27,575 nt of DNA from Halocafeteria seosinensis (lineage: Eukaryota), in NCBI GenBank assembly GCA_001687465.1, contig LVLI01000050.1, positions 62,001 to 89,575 on the forward strand. The letters are read 5' to 3'. The position numbers and the translations under genes were made by a program. Shown one piece after another: positions 1-8,831 of this stretch (position 1 is the first letter of the stretch; each line of letters begins with the position of its first letter). The notes beneath the pieces are model-generated. The model was not told the origin of the DNA, ran no database searches, and was given only the letters and a program-made list of their open reading frames with translations.

Positions 1-2517
1 GGATCGAATAATGTTGGTCAAAGTGGTGGGATTGTTGGAAGCGAAGCTGGATCGGAAACGGGTTACCTTAAGATTACGGAATGTTACTCTACAGGTGATA
101 TTATTGGTTCCAATTCAGGTGGAATTACGGGGAATAATGCAGCAGCACGTAATGGTAAAGTTTCCATCAAAGACTGCTACAGTAGAGGGAAGATAGATGG
201 GCAATCTTCGGGCGGCATCTGTGGTGCCAATGCCGGGAAGGACTGTGTCAGTGGTGGAACGTGTAGTCTTGATATTGAAAACACGTATGCGTCGGGAGAC
301 ATCACGCGAAGTAAAAACGCTGGTGGTATTATAGGAAGCATTGTTGGCGACGCTGCAGGTATCAGCGTTAGCTATTCCGTGTATCGGTATCCACTTGTGG
401 GCTCCGGGACCCCTAGCCCACAGGCAACAGGTAATTCTGAAAGTCTGGAGGATATCAATGGAACACTATATAAGCATAACGGCACAACAAGATGGTCAGA
501 GGCTGTATGGGCTACAAATGGGACAAGTGAGTTCCCTATATTGCGCTTTCAGCTTCCAACACCGAGTCCCACTGCCACTTCAACGCCTTCAAACACCCCA
601 TCTCCTACTTCTACAGGGACTTCTAGCCGCACAAGAACCCCAACCAGGACTGCTACGTCGTCAATGACGCCTACAGGGACTCTGACAGCTACGCCAACAG
701 TGACCTCGACGCTTACACCTACGGTCAGTCGGACTCCAACGCCTACGAGTACGCCAAGTAAGACACCTACAGAGACTATCACGCCTACCAGTACAAACAC
801 CAGGACGAGTACGCCCTCATCTACAGGGACTTCTACGGGTAGTCCTACGGGAACCAGCACTCGCACGAGAACGCCTTCATCTACAGGGACTTCTACAGGC
901 AGTCCTACGGGAACCAGCACTCGCACGAGAACGCCTTCATCTACCCCGACGTCTAGCGAAACAGTCACAGGAACCAAAACTCCTACTCCTAGTGAAACAG
1001 CGACAAGCACTGCCAGTGAATCAGCTTCTCGAACTCCTACCGCTAGTTTGACAAGCACATCGAGCAGTTCACCAACGAACTCAAGGACCGTAACATCGTC
1101 AAGCACTCATACAATGTCACCTACCAGAACACCCAGTTCCAGCGAAACGACAAGTAGTTCTCCCACTAGCACACCGGCGAGAACTGTGACCCAAACACCG
1201 AGCTTAACAGAAACTCCCACAGAAACGCGTACAGTGACATCGACAGTATCCCGTACAAGCAGAGTGTCAGGAACACCCACTTCTACTCGCACGCCGTCTC
1301 CCACACGCACTGCCACAAGAACTATTTCTCCGTCCGCTTCATCCAGCGTGAGTCCTTCCGTTACTTCAACAGGTACCTTTTCATCTACGCCTACGTCGGA
1401 AGCTGTTGTCGATGATTCACTTTCCTCGGAATTAAGAGGCGGCAACAGAGGAGGTTTGTCGTCTGCTTTACGTACTTCCGCAGCCGCTTCACTAGGCGGA
1501 GCTATGTTACTGATAATAATCTACCTTGTATATCGGCGAAGGAAAAACCAAGTGGTGGCTAAATTGTCTAGTGACCCAAGAGCAATGTATGCGACACAAC
1601 TCGGAATACCTGTGGAAAGCTTGAAGCTAATGTCGTCCCTTGAGAGCGGTGGCCATGTTTCGATTGTACCACATGATACCTGTGCTTTGGTGTCTGAAAC
1701 TGGTCGTCATGAGGGAATTTCCCCGTTATCGGGAGCATCTCAAGTGTTTGCTAGTGGCCAAATGGGAGAGTTAAAGGTTGCTCATATCAACCCCATCGCG
1801 TCTAACGCCCAGCGCGAACGTGCTGAGCAAACCCCGTCATCGATGCGGATGCAGACGGTAGAAAATAAATTCTCGCTTAAGGCTGGGAAAACTGAGCAGA
1901 GAGAGGTAAAAGCATTTTCTCTCTCTGGCATTCAAAGTGGAAGGACAGATTTACCAGTTCCAGTCGGTATGAGCATCGACGCTGGGGTGGGTTCCAAATT
2001 GACTTCCAATCAGCCACGGGTTATCTTGGTGGATACTAGTTCTCTCCCAGGTCGGTCTTCAGGAACAGTTCGTATCGTCTCCACGAAAACGCCAAAACTG
2101 GAGCTTGCAGGAAGAAGTAAATCGGGTGCTGGCAATCCCACGATTCAGTTGGCTGTGGCAGCCGATCTTGACACCGCTCAGTTACGACACATTGATCGAG
2201 TGCGATTGAAATTGCGGTATTGGAAGGCTAAGCTCTTGGCGGAAGCGCCTCCGCTGGTACAAGTTGAAACTGGCCAAACCAAGCATCCTGGAGATGGCGA
2301 TCACTCTTCTCTATCATTGGGGACTGTTCTCCCTCCTCTACCTGGAAGCCATATACGCCGACTGGAGTTTGCCAACTCGAATACCGATGGTGGTCTACAG
2401 TCGTATGGCGTCGTTGAACTCCACCGTAGCCAACTTCGCCTCGAGACCGAGGCCCAAAAGAAACTCTTTCGACCCCAGGTTCCGCGAAGTAAACGAGCCT
2501 TGTACATGCACGAATAA
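1..2517 (+). CDS. Array gene 1 (5'-partial): GLUG-like repeat / mucin-stalk single-pass membrane protein with conserved cytoplasmic tail
   Basis: Frame +1 is open from base 1 (GSNNVGQSGGIVG...ECYSTG...GGICG), so the track start at GTG 379 is internal. The cap WSEAVWATNG..FPILRFQ ends at ~552 and the S/T/P stalk spans ~560-1400. The TM AAASLGGAMLLIIIYLVY (~1480-1533) is followed by RRRKN, and the tail contains LRYWKAKLLAEAPPL. Stop TAA at 2515-2517. Confidence 0.9.
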   Translation, partial: GSNNVGQSGGIVGSEAGSETGYLKITECYSTGDIIGSNSGGITGNNAAARNGKVSIKDCYSRGKIDGQSSGGICGANAGKDCVSGGTCSLDIENTYASGDITRSKNAGGIIGSIVGDAAGISVSYSVYRYPLVGSGTPSPQATGNSESLEDINGTLYKHNGTTRWSEAVWATNGTSEFPILRFQLPTPSPTATSTPSNTPSPTSTGTSSRTRTPTRTATSSMTPTGTLTATPTVTSTLTPTVSRTPTPTSTPSKTPTETITPTSTNTRTSTPSSTGTSTGSPTGTSTRTRTPSSTGTSTGSPTGTSTRTRTPSSTPTSSETVTGTKTPTPSETATSTASESASRTPTASLTSTSSSSPTNSRTVTSSSTHTMSPTRTPSSSETTSSSPTSTPARTVTQTPSLTETPTETRTVTSTVSRTSRVSGTPTSTRTPSPTRTATRTISPSASSSVSPSVTSTGTFSSTPTSEAVVDDSLSSELRGGNRGGLSSALRTSAAASLGGAMLLIIIYLVYRRRKNQVVAKLSSDPRAMYATQLGIPVESLKLMSSLESGGHVSIVPHDTCALVSETGRHEGISPLSGASQVFASGQMGELKVAHINPIASNAQRERAEQTPSSMRMQTVENKFSLKAGKTEQREVKAFSLSGIQSGRTDLPVPVGMSIDAGVGSKLTSNQPRVILVDTSSLPGRSSGTVRIVSTKTPKLELAGRSKSGAGNPTIQLAVAADLDTAQLRHIDRVRLKLRYWKAKLLAEAPPLVQVETGQTKHPGDGDHSSLSLGTVLPPLPGSHIRRLEFANSNTDGGLQSYGVVELHRSQLRLETEAQKKLFRPQVPRSKRALYMHE
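811..944 (+). repeat. 60-bp (20-aa) tandem repeat in gene 1 stalk, ~2.2 copies
   Basis: Units ACGCC(C/T)TCATCTAC... start at 811, 871 and 931 and encode TPSSTGTSTGSPTGTSTRTR. Confidence 0.9.
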
Positions 2518-3200
2518 GCTGACCAAAGTGGCCCCTCTAGTGAGAATAAGATATTACTGGCGTGGGTCCGCATGAATGAGTTCCCGTAGATACTGATCAA
2601 TGGCAATTGCTCCGTACTCTATGGCGAAAAATCGGGTTGAAATGCTATGAAATGCCACTCGAGTCTCAAGCCATCCATTTAGCCAGCAACAATGCTTCAC
2701 TTCCGTTCACATCTATTGTGTGTTCGTTTCCGCATAGTTACAAATACAACCCACTTGCAAGTCGATCAGACGGAGACGTGGGAACTATCATCGCGTCCCA
2801 TTCTCTTCTCAAGCATTGATACTTCGATTCATTTGCACTCTCTGTCGTGCAGAGAAGAATGCTCCACTCACGGCATTACAGTAGTAGACTAATTACAATT
2901 CCTCGACAGTCTGACTTCCTTTCTCCCAGGCGCAAAGCCCGGAAGAAAAGATCCGGGCAACTCGCCCGGTGTCCCATTGAGTCGTCCCGGGAGGGAACAC
3001 GCATACAGTACAAGAAGTTTGAGGGGACCACTGTTGCTCTTCCTTTCTCCAATCCTTTGTCGTGTGTACCGTACAGTATGGTTGTTTCTCCCGCATGAGC
3101 AGAGTGGAAGTTAACGATCCATCGTGTCCATGTACTGTAGTGGTTGCATGAGGACAGCAGAAAGAAAGAAATTCGGTTGGGTTAGGTGTGGGGTTCTAGG

Positions 3201-6200
3201 ATGGTGAGAAAGAAGAATTCTCAACCCCCAAGCGCTGCTTTGGCGACAGACAAAGGTTTCCCTTGTGCTGTTCCCGGAGGAAAAGCGCGTCGACTGCTTG
3301 CTTGTGCTATTGGACTGAGTCTTGTGGTACAAGTATTGTCCACTGGACGGGATCGCCGCCAGGAGATTGTAGATGGCGAGGTGAATTGTATTAGCTATAA
3401 TGCTACAGAGCGACTTTTTCGGATGAACTGCACTTTGGACTGGAAAGCTCACAGGTATGGCCACTCCGACTACATCACTCTGCTTGCGAACGAGATCTTT
3501 GATGGAAACCATCACACCTTCGAGCTGAATGATTCTCATGACGTCTTTGAGGGAATTTTTGCCATCAAGTCTGAGGGCAACGCTAGCGAAGGAACAGTTG
3601 AGTCTTTCGAGCAAGCACCTATCATCCGAAATGTGCATGTCACTGGCGGGACAACCTCAAGCGGTGGAGGATTCATTGTTCGAGCAAAGCAGAAGTTCTT
3701 TATCGTAGAATCGTGTACCTCATCAGGTAGAATACTTGGGGGTGGAATCTGCGGGGACTGTTGTGGTGCAAATGGAGGCCAGATTAAGATAACGAATTCG
3801 TCTTCCACAGGACAAATCGTTGCAGACGGCGCTGGTGGTATAACAGTACAAAACCTAGGGAGCGATGGAGGTATGGCTGACGTATCCGATTCTCATTCTG
3901 CGGGGGATATCCTAGAGGAGGATACTGGTGGAATTGTTGGCGCACTCACTGCTGAGGATGAAGGTATGCTCTATGGTGTTGATTGCAACTCCACGGGTGG
4001 CATTGATGGAGGGTCTAGTAGCCCCCCTGCAAGGGGTGGCATTGTAGGAGCAAAAGCTGGCTCAAATCATGGGTTCGTACACGTTCAAAGATGCCACTAC
4101 TCGGGAGAAATCAGCGGAGATGGCAGTGGAGGAATAATTAGTTCATTGGCTGGTTCAAGTGGGGGCGAAGCCTACATTGTGGATTGCAACTGTACCGGGA
4201 CTATAGCAGGAAGCAAAAGCGGTGGCATTGCTGGTAAAGAAGCTGGTTCGCATAGTGGTTTTGTGCACATTGAGCGATGTCACTCCACGGGAAAAATCAT
4301 AGGATATGCCAGTGGTGGGATTACGGGGTCCGATGCAGCTGTGCAGAACAGCAACGTTGAAATAATAAATTGCTCCAGTACTGGGGATTTGACCGCGCCA
4401 GATGGTGCCTGTGGTGGGATTTGTGGCGCCAGAGCGGCCAGTTCTTCAGGACAATTAAACATCACGAACTCTCATTCACTTGGGATCATTGGCAAATATA
4501 ATGCTGGGGGCATCGTTGGGAGAGATGCTGCGAAAGACAATGGGAAAATTCGTATTAGGCGGTGTTTTAGCGAGGGGTCAATTGATGGAACCAATGCAGG
4601 TGGTATATGTGGCTCCTTCTCTTTTGTCGCTGGGGACGAAGGTGGAGAGATTTACATAACTCAATCTTATTCTACTGGAGACATTACTGGAGTCAAAAGC
4701 GGAGGCATAGTCGGCGAAGGAGCAGGATCGAATGGCTTCATTGAAATCACCCAGTGCTTCTCTCTCGGAGACATTTTAGGGGACGAAAGTGGTGGTATCG
4801 CTGGGACTAATGCTGGCGAATATAATGGCAAGGTTTATATTCGAGACTGCTATAGCAGGGGCAAGATAGGAGGAAGCGATTCAGGAGGAATTTGTGGTGC
4901 TCAGGTAGGCAGCAGCTGTACTACCAGTGTATGCAACATTATCCTTGAAAACACCTTTTCCTCGGGAGGAATAACCCACGGTGCCAGTGGGATCATAGGC
5001 AGTATTTCAGGCGGCCACGTAGCTGTCAAATACTCAGTGTATAACGGGACTTCGGGGCGTCCAATAGGTGACACCACATATGACAAGGGGAATAGCGACA
5101 ACATAGAGGATATCACTGGAAACTTATATGAGTATAATGGCGAATTAAAATGGTCACATGCTATATGGGCTACAAATGGGACGGACGAGCTCCCTATATT
5201 GCGTTTCCAAGCCCCAGCACCTACCGACCAACGGAAACAGATTGTAGATGGCCAGGTGTCTTGTATTAGCTACAACGCTACAGATCGTAATTTTCGGATG
5301 AACTGCGATTTGGAGTGGCATGCTCATGGATTTAATTACGCCGACTATATCACTCTATGTGCGAACGAGGTCTTTGATGGCAACCATCATTTTTTCAAAC
5401 TGGATGATAATTATTCTTATTTTGGCCTATTTGTGATCAAGTCGGACGGCAACGCTAGCAAGGGAAGGGTTGAGTCTTTCGAGCAAGCACCTATTATCCG
5501 AAATGTGCATGTCAGTGACGGGGCGACCACAGACGGTGGAGGGTTCGTTGTACAGAAAGAGCAGAAGTTCTTCATCGTGGATTCGTGTAGTTCATCAGGG
5601 AGGATACTTGGAGGTGGGATGTGCGGGGACAATTGTGGTGCACATGGAGGCCAGGTCAAGATCATGAATTCATCTTCCACGGGTGATGTCGATGCTGATG
5701 GCGCTGGTGGTATAACAGGGCAAAAGCTGGGTTACAACGGGGGTATTGCCAACATTGGCAACTGTCATTCCAGAGGGGTTTTGTTCAGAGCAAACTCCAG
5801 TGGAATATGTGGGCAGTTTGCGGGTGGTAAGGAAGGCCAAATCTACATCGAGAACTCTTACTCGGTCGGCAAGATACAAGGAGACGGAAGTGGCGGGATT
5901 GCCGGAGGAGCGGCTGGCATTGAGAAGNGTCGTGTAGAAATTGTGGAGTGCTACTCTTCCGGTGGAATATTTGGAGCTGACAGCGGTGGAATCACAGGAG
6001 GTGGAGCAGGTCAAGATGGTGGGGAAGTCCGAGTTACATCTTGCCATAGTACTGGCGATATCTCGGGCGAAGGAGCAGGGGGCATCTGTGGATCTGGATC
6101 ACTAGGCTACATGAGTCCAATTAGCTCGGTAAGCACTGATGGAGGATCAGTCTATGTTACACGATCATACTCCGAGGGACAAATTGGCAATGGAAACAGT

Positions 6201-8198
6201 GGTGACTGTGGTGGAATTGTTGGAAGAAAAGCTGGGTCGCATACGGGTTACGTCAACATTACAGAATGCTACTCTTGGGGTGATATTAGTGGAGACCATT
6301 CAGGAGGAATTACGGGGAGTAATGCAGCAGAGCATAATGGTGAAGTTTATATCAAAGACTGCTACAGCCGAGGAAAGATACATGGAGGTGGCATCTGCGG
6401 TGGCAAAGCCGCGAAAGGCTGCGATAACTCTGAAGAGTGCATTGTTGAAATTGAAAACACATATGCTTCGGGAAACATTGATAATGGTGGTGGTGGCATT
6501 ATTGGAGGTATAGCCCAAGACGGTGCATATACCATCAGCATCAAGTATTCTGTGTATAGATCTCCACTCGTCGGTTCAGCTGGCCCTAGCGAGCCACTGG
6601 AGACGGGTAATGCTAAGGAGTGGCATGATATCACTGGGAAGCTATATCACGAACCTGATGACGTCGCCAGGTGGTTAGACGCTGTATGGGCTACGGATGG
6701 GCCAAGCAAGCTCCCTATATTGCGCTTTCAGCTTCCAACACCGAGTCCCTTCGCCACGTCAACACCTTCAAATACCCCACCTCCTACCTCTACAGGGACG
6801 CCTTGCCCTACAGCTACCCCAACAAGAACTACTACATCGTCGATAACTCCCACAGGAACCCTCACAAGGACGCCGACAGCCTCATCTACAGGAACTCCAA
6901 CTTGCACACCGTCGGTGAGCCCAAGTCAAACGTATACGAGCACCCCGAGCAAGACATCTACCGAAACTATGACGCCTACCGGTACAAGAACCCCTTCAGC
7001 TACAGCCACTTCTAGCGAAACAGGTACAGGAACCAGACCGCCGACTCAGTCCGCTTCATCGAGCGAGAGCCCTTCCGTAACATCAACAGGCACGCATACC
7101 GCTGAATTTGTTGTTGGTGATACAGCGTCTTCGGAGTTAAGAGGCAGCAATCAAGGAGGTTTATCTTCTGCGTTACGTGTTTCCATCGCCGCTGCGATGG
7201 GTGGAGCTATGTTGGCAATAACAATCTATCTTGCATATCGGCGAAGGAAAAACCAAATAGTGGCCAAATCATGTAGCGGTCCGAGAGCAATGTATGCGAC
7301 ACAACTAGGTATACCTTTAGAGAGCTTGAAGCTAATGTCTTCGATTGAGGGTGGTAGCCATATTTCCATGGTACCGCATAGCACTGGTGCTTTGGTATCG
7401 GAAACCTATCGTCAAGAGGGAAGATCCCCGCTACCGGGAATGTCTCAAGTGTTTGCTGGTGGTCAGGCTGGAGAGAGGAGTATCGCTCATATTAACCCCA
7501 TAGCGTCGAATGCCCAGTGCGGACGTGCTGAGCAAACTCAGTCAATGATGAGGAAACACACTGTCGAAAATAAATTTTCGTTAGAGTCCGGGAGGACTGA
7601 ACAGAGAGAAATCAAGGCATACGCGTTTTCTGGCATTCAAAGTGGGAAAGCAGATGTACACACTCCAGTAGGTATGAGTATTGGCACTGAGGTCGGTTCC
7701 GATCAGCCTCGCGTTGTCTTGGTGGATACTAGTTCACAGTCAGCGCGGTCTTCGGGAACTGTTCGGATCCTCTCATCGAAAGCGCCGAGGCTTGAGAAGG
7801 GGGGAAGAAACAATCCTGGTAATTCAACTATAAAGGTGGCTGTGGCAGCCGAGCTGGATACCGCTCAATTGAGGCACGTTGATAGGGTCCTGTTGAAATT
7901 GCGGCACTGGAAAGCAAAACTGTTGGCTGAACCACCTCCGTTAGTAGAGGTCGAATCCAGGGATGCTATGCACAACGGCAATATTGCGAGAGGGGACGGT
8001 GATCAGGTTTCCTCGCCATTGGCACGTGCTCTTCCTCCTCTACCGGCGAGTCACATTCAGAAATTGGAGTTTGCCATCTCGAAAAATTCAGGTGGTGTAC
8101 AGTCTTATGAAGCGATTGAGCAACATCGTAACCAACTTCGCCTAGAGAGTGATCCTCCGAAGAAGCTCTTTCGTCCCCAAGTTCCGCGAAGTAAATGA
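3201..8198 (+). CDS. Array gene 2: membrane protein with two tandem GLUG-like ectodomain modules, short stalk, TM and conserved tail
   Basis: First in-frame ATG is at 3201 (the track uses GTG 3186). The hydrophobic leader is LLACAIGLSLVVQVL. Module A spans ~3351-5225 and module B ~5226-6735. The stalk runs to ~7100, the TM is IAAAMGGAMLAITIYLAY + RRRKN, and the tail contains LRHWKAKLLAEPPPL. One ambiguous base N at 5928 is most likely G (Gly) and cannot create a stop. Confidence 0.92.
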   Translation: MVRKKNSQPPSAALATDKGFPCAVPGGKARRLLACAIGLSLVVQVLSTGRDRRQEIVDGEVNCISYNATERLFRMNCTLDWKAHRYGHSDYITLLANEIFDGNHHTFELNDSHDVFEGIFAIKSEGNASEGTVESFEQAPIIRNVHVTGGTTSSGGGFIVRAKQKFFIVESCTSSGRILGGGICGDCCGANGGQIKITNSSSTGQIVADGAGGITVQNLGSDGGMADVSDSHSAGDILEEDTGGIVGALTAEDEGMLYGVDCNSTGGIDGGSSSPPARGGIVGAKAGSNHGFVHVQRCHYSGEISGDGSGGIISSLAGSSGGEAYIVDCNCTGTIAGSKSGGIAGKEAGSHSGFVHIERCHSTGKIIGYASGGITGSDAAVQNSNVEIINCSSTGDLTAPDGACGGICGARAASSSGQLNITNSHSLGIIGKYNAGGIVGRDAAKDNGKIRIRRCFSEGSIDGTNAGGICGSFSFVAGDEGGEIYITQSYSTGDITGVKSGGIVGEGAGSNGFIEITQCFSLGDILGDESGGIAGTNAGEYNGKVYIRDCYSRGKIGGSDSGGICGAQVGSSCTTSVCNIILENTFSSGGITHGASGIIGSISGGHVAVKYSVYNGTSGRPIGDTTYDKGNSDNIEDITGNLYEYNGELKWSHAIWATNGTDELPILRFQAPAPTDQRKQIVDGQVSCISYNATDRNFRMNCDLEWHAHGFNYADYITLCANEVFDGNHHFFKLDDNYSYFGLFVIKSDGNASKGRVESFEQAPIIRNVHVSDGATTDGGGFVVQKEQKFFIVDSCSSSGRILGGGMCGDNCGAHGGQVKIMNSSSTGDVDADGAGGITGQKLGYNGGIANIGNCHSRGVLFRANSSGICGQFAGGKEGQIYIENSYSVGKIQGDGSGGIAGGAAGIEKXRVEIVECYSSGGIFGADSGGITGGGAGQDGGEVRVTSCHSTGDISGEGAGGICGSGSLGYMSPISSVSTDGGSVYVTRSYSEGQIGNGNSGDCGGIVGRKAGSHTGYVNITECYSWGDISGDHSGGITGSNAAEHNGEVYIKDCYSRGKIHGGGICGGKAAKGCDNSEECIVEIENTYASGNIDNGGGGIIGGIAQDGAYTISIKYSVYRSPLVGSAGPSEPLETGNAKEWHDITGKLYHEPDDVARWLDAVWATDGPSKLPILRFQLPTPSPFATSTPSNTPPPTSTGTPCPTATPTRTTTSSITPTGTLTRTPTASSTGTPTCTPSVSPSQTYTSTPSKTSTETMTPTGTRTPSATATSSETGTGTRPPTQSASSSESPSVTSTGTHTAEFVVGDTASSELRGSNQGGLSSALRVSIAAAMGGAMLAITIYLAYRRRKNQIVAKSCSGPRAMYATQLGIPLESLKLMSSIEGGSHISMVPHSTGALVSETYRQEGRSPLPGMSQVFAGGQAGERSIAHINPIASNAQCGRAEQTQSMMRKHTVENKFSLESGRTEQREIKAYAFSGIQSGKADVHTPVGMSIGTEVGSDQPRVVLVDTSSQSARSSGTVRILSSKAPRLEKGGRNNPGNSTIKVAVAAELDTAQLRHVDRVLLKLRHWKAKLLAEPPPLVEVESRDAMHNGNIARGDGDQVSSPLARALPPLPASHIQKLEFAISKNSGGVQSYEAIEQHRNQLRLESDPPKKLFRPQVPRSK
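3351..6735 (+). repeat. Internal duplication of the whole ectodomain module in gene 2
   Basis: DRRQEIVDGEVNCISYNATERLFRMNC at 3351 matches DQRKQIVDGQVSCISYNATDRNFRMNC at 5226. Both copies contain VESFEQAPIIRNVHV and end in LPILRFQ. Confidence 0.92.
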
Positions 8199-8831
8199 TC
8201 CCTTCAGCTACATGGCTGGACTAGCTCGATCCCAAAGAATGTTTCCGGTGCCAGCTTCCACCAACTACATTGCTTTGCCTTTTAAGAGACGTATGTTGTA
8301 GCTTTGAACGATTCTCTTGTACGCTTGTTACAGGCTGGTGGAATTCACGACTGACGTGCAACATCCTCTAACTTGAGGAGTCGAGTAGGCTCGAGCAAAG
8401 AATTGCCATCCGCCCTGCCGCCATTCCTGCCGAAAATGGCTGAAAGCATGTTGACTCGTTTATTGACATGGAACTGAAATGTAGTCTCATCCCACCTCCT
8501 GAGGAATTGAGCCTGGAAGGGTGGAGTCCAACTCGGCATTAGGTGGCTCAGGATTTCATTCTTCAAGCCAGCTTGGATTCTCTCTGCTTAGAACTGCCCC
8601 GATTCCGTCTCGAAAAAAATCGCATCTACCTAATATTGACACTTTTATGTAGTGTGGTGTTCAGGTCCTCAACGGACAAATTTCCGCCCGGATGGGGGTC
8701 GAATATGCCGCATTTCCTGCCGTATTACGTGCATTGACCGATTTCTGTGTCCATTTTACCGCTAGATTGCACTCATTGACTAGATAACAATCCATCGTAT
8801 ACTGTATAGTCGCTGTTTGGATAATGAATGG

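Noticed and set aside
379..381. GTG/TTG starts given by the ORF track for genes 1-3
   Set aside because: The gene 1 frame is open to base 1. Genes 2 and 3 have an in-frame ATG five codons downstream, and the context looks eukaryotic.
549..1445. Minus-strand Val/Gly/Leu/Glu-rich ORFs (also 10457-10699, 14679-15164, 18761-20383, 23250-23762, 26902-27573)
   Set aside because: They are antisense shadows of Ser/Thr/Pro codons in the stalks and have no independent coding signal.
5928..5928. Ambiguous base N in gene 2
   Set aside because: This is a sequencing or assembly ambiguity. Codon NGT cannot be a stop and the frame is preserved.
3111..6634. Many short overlapping ORFs with PP/IPP motifs on the minus strand or in alternative frames over the ectodomains
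   Set aside because: They are reverse-complement or off-frame readings of the GGIxG repeats. Their mutual similarity only reflects paralogy of the + strand genes.
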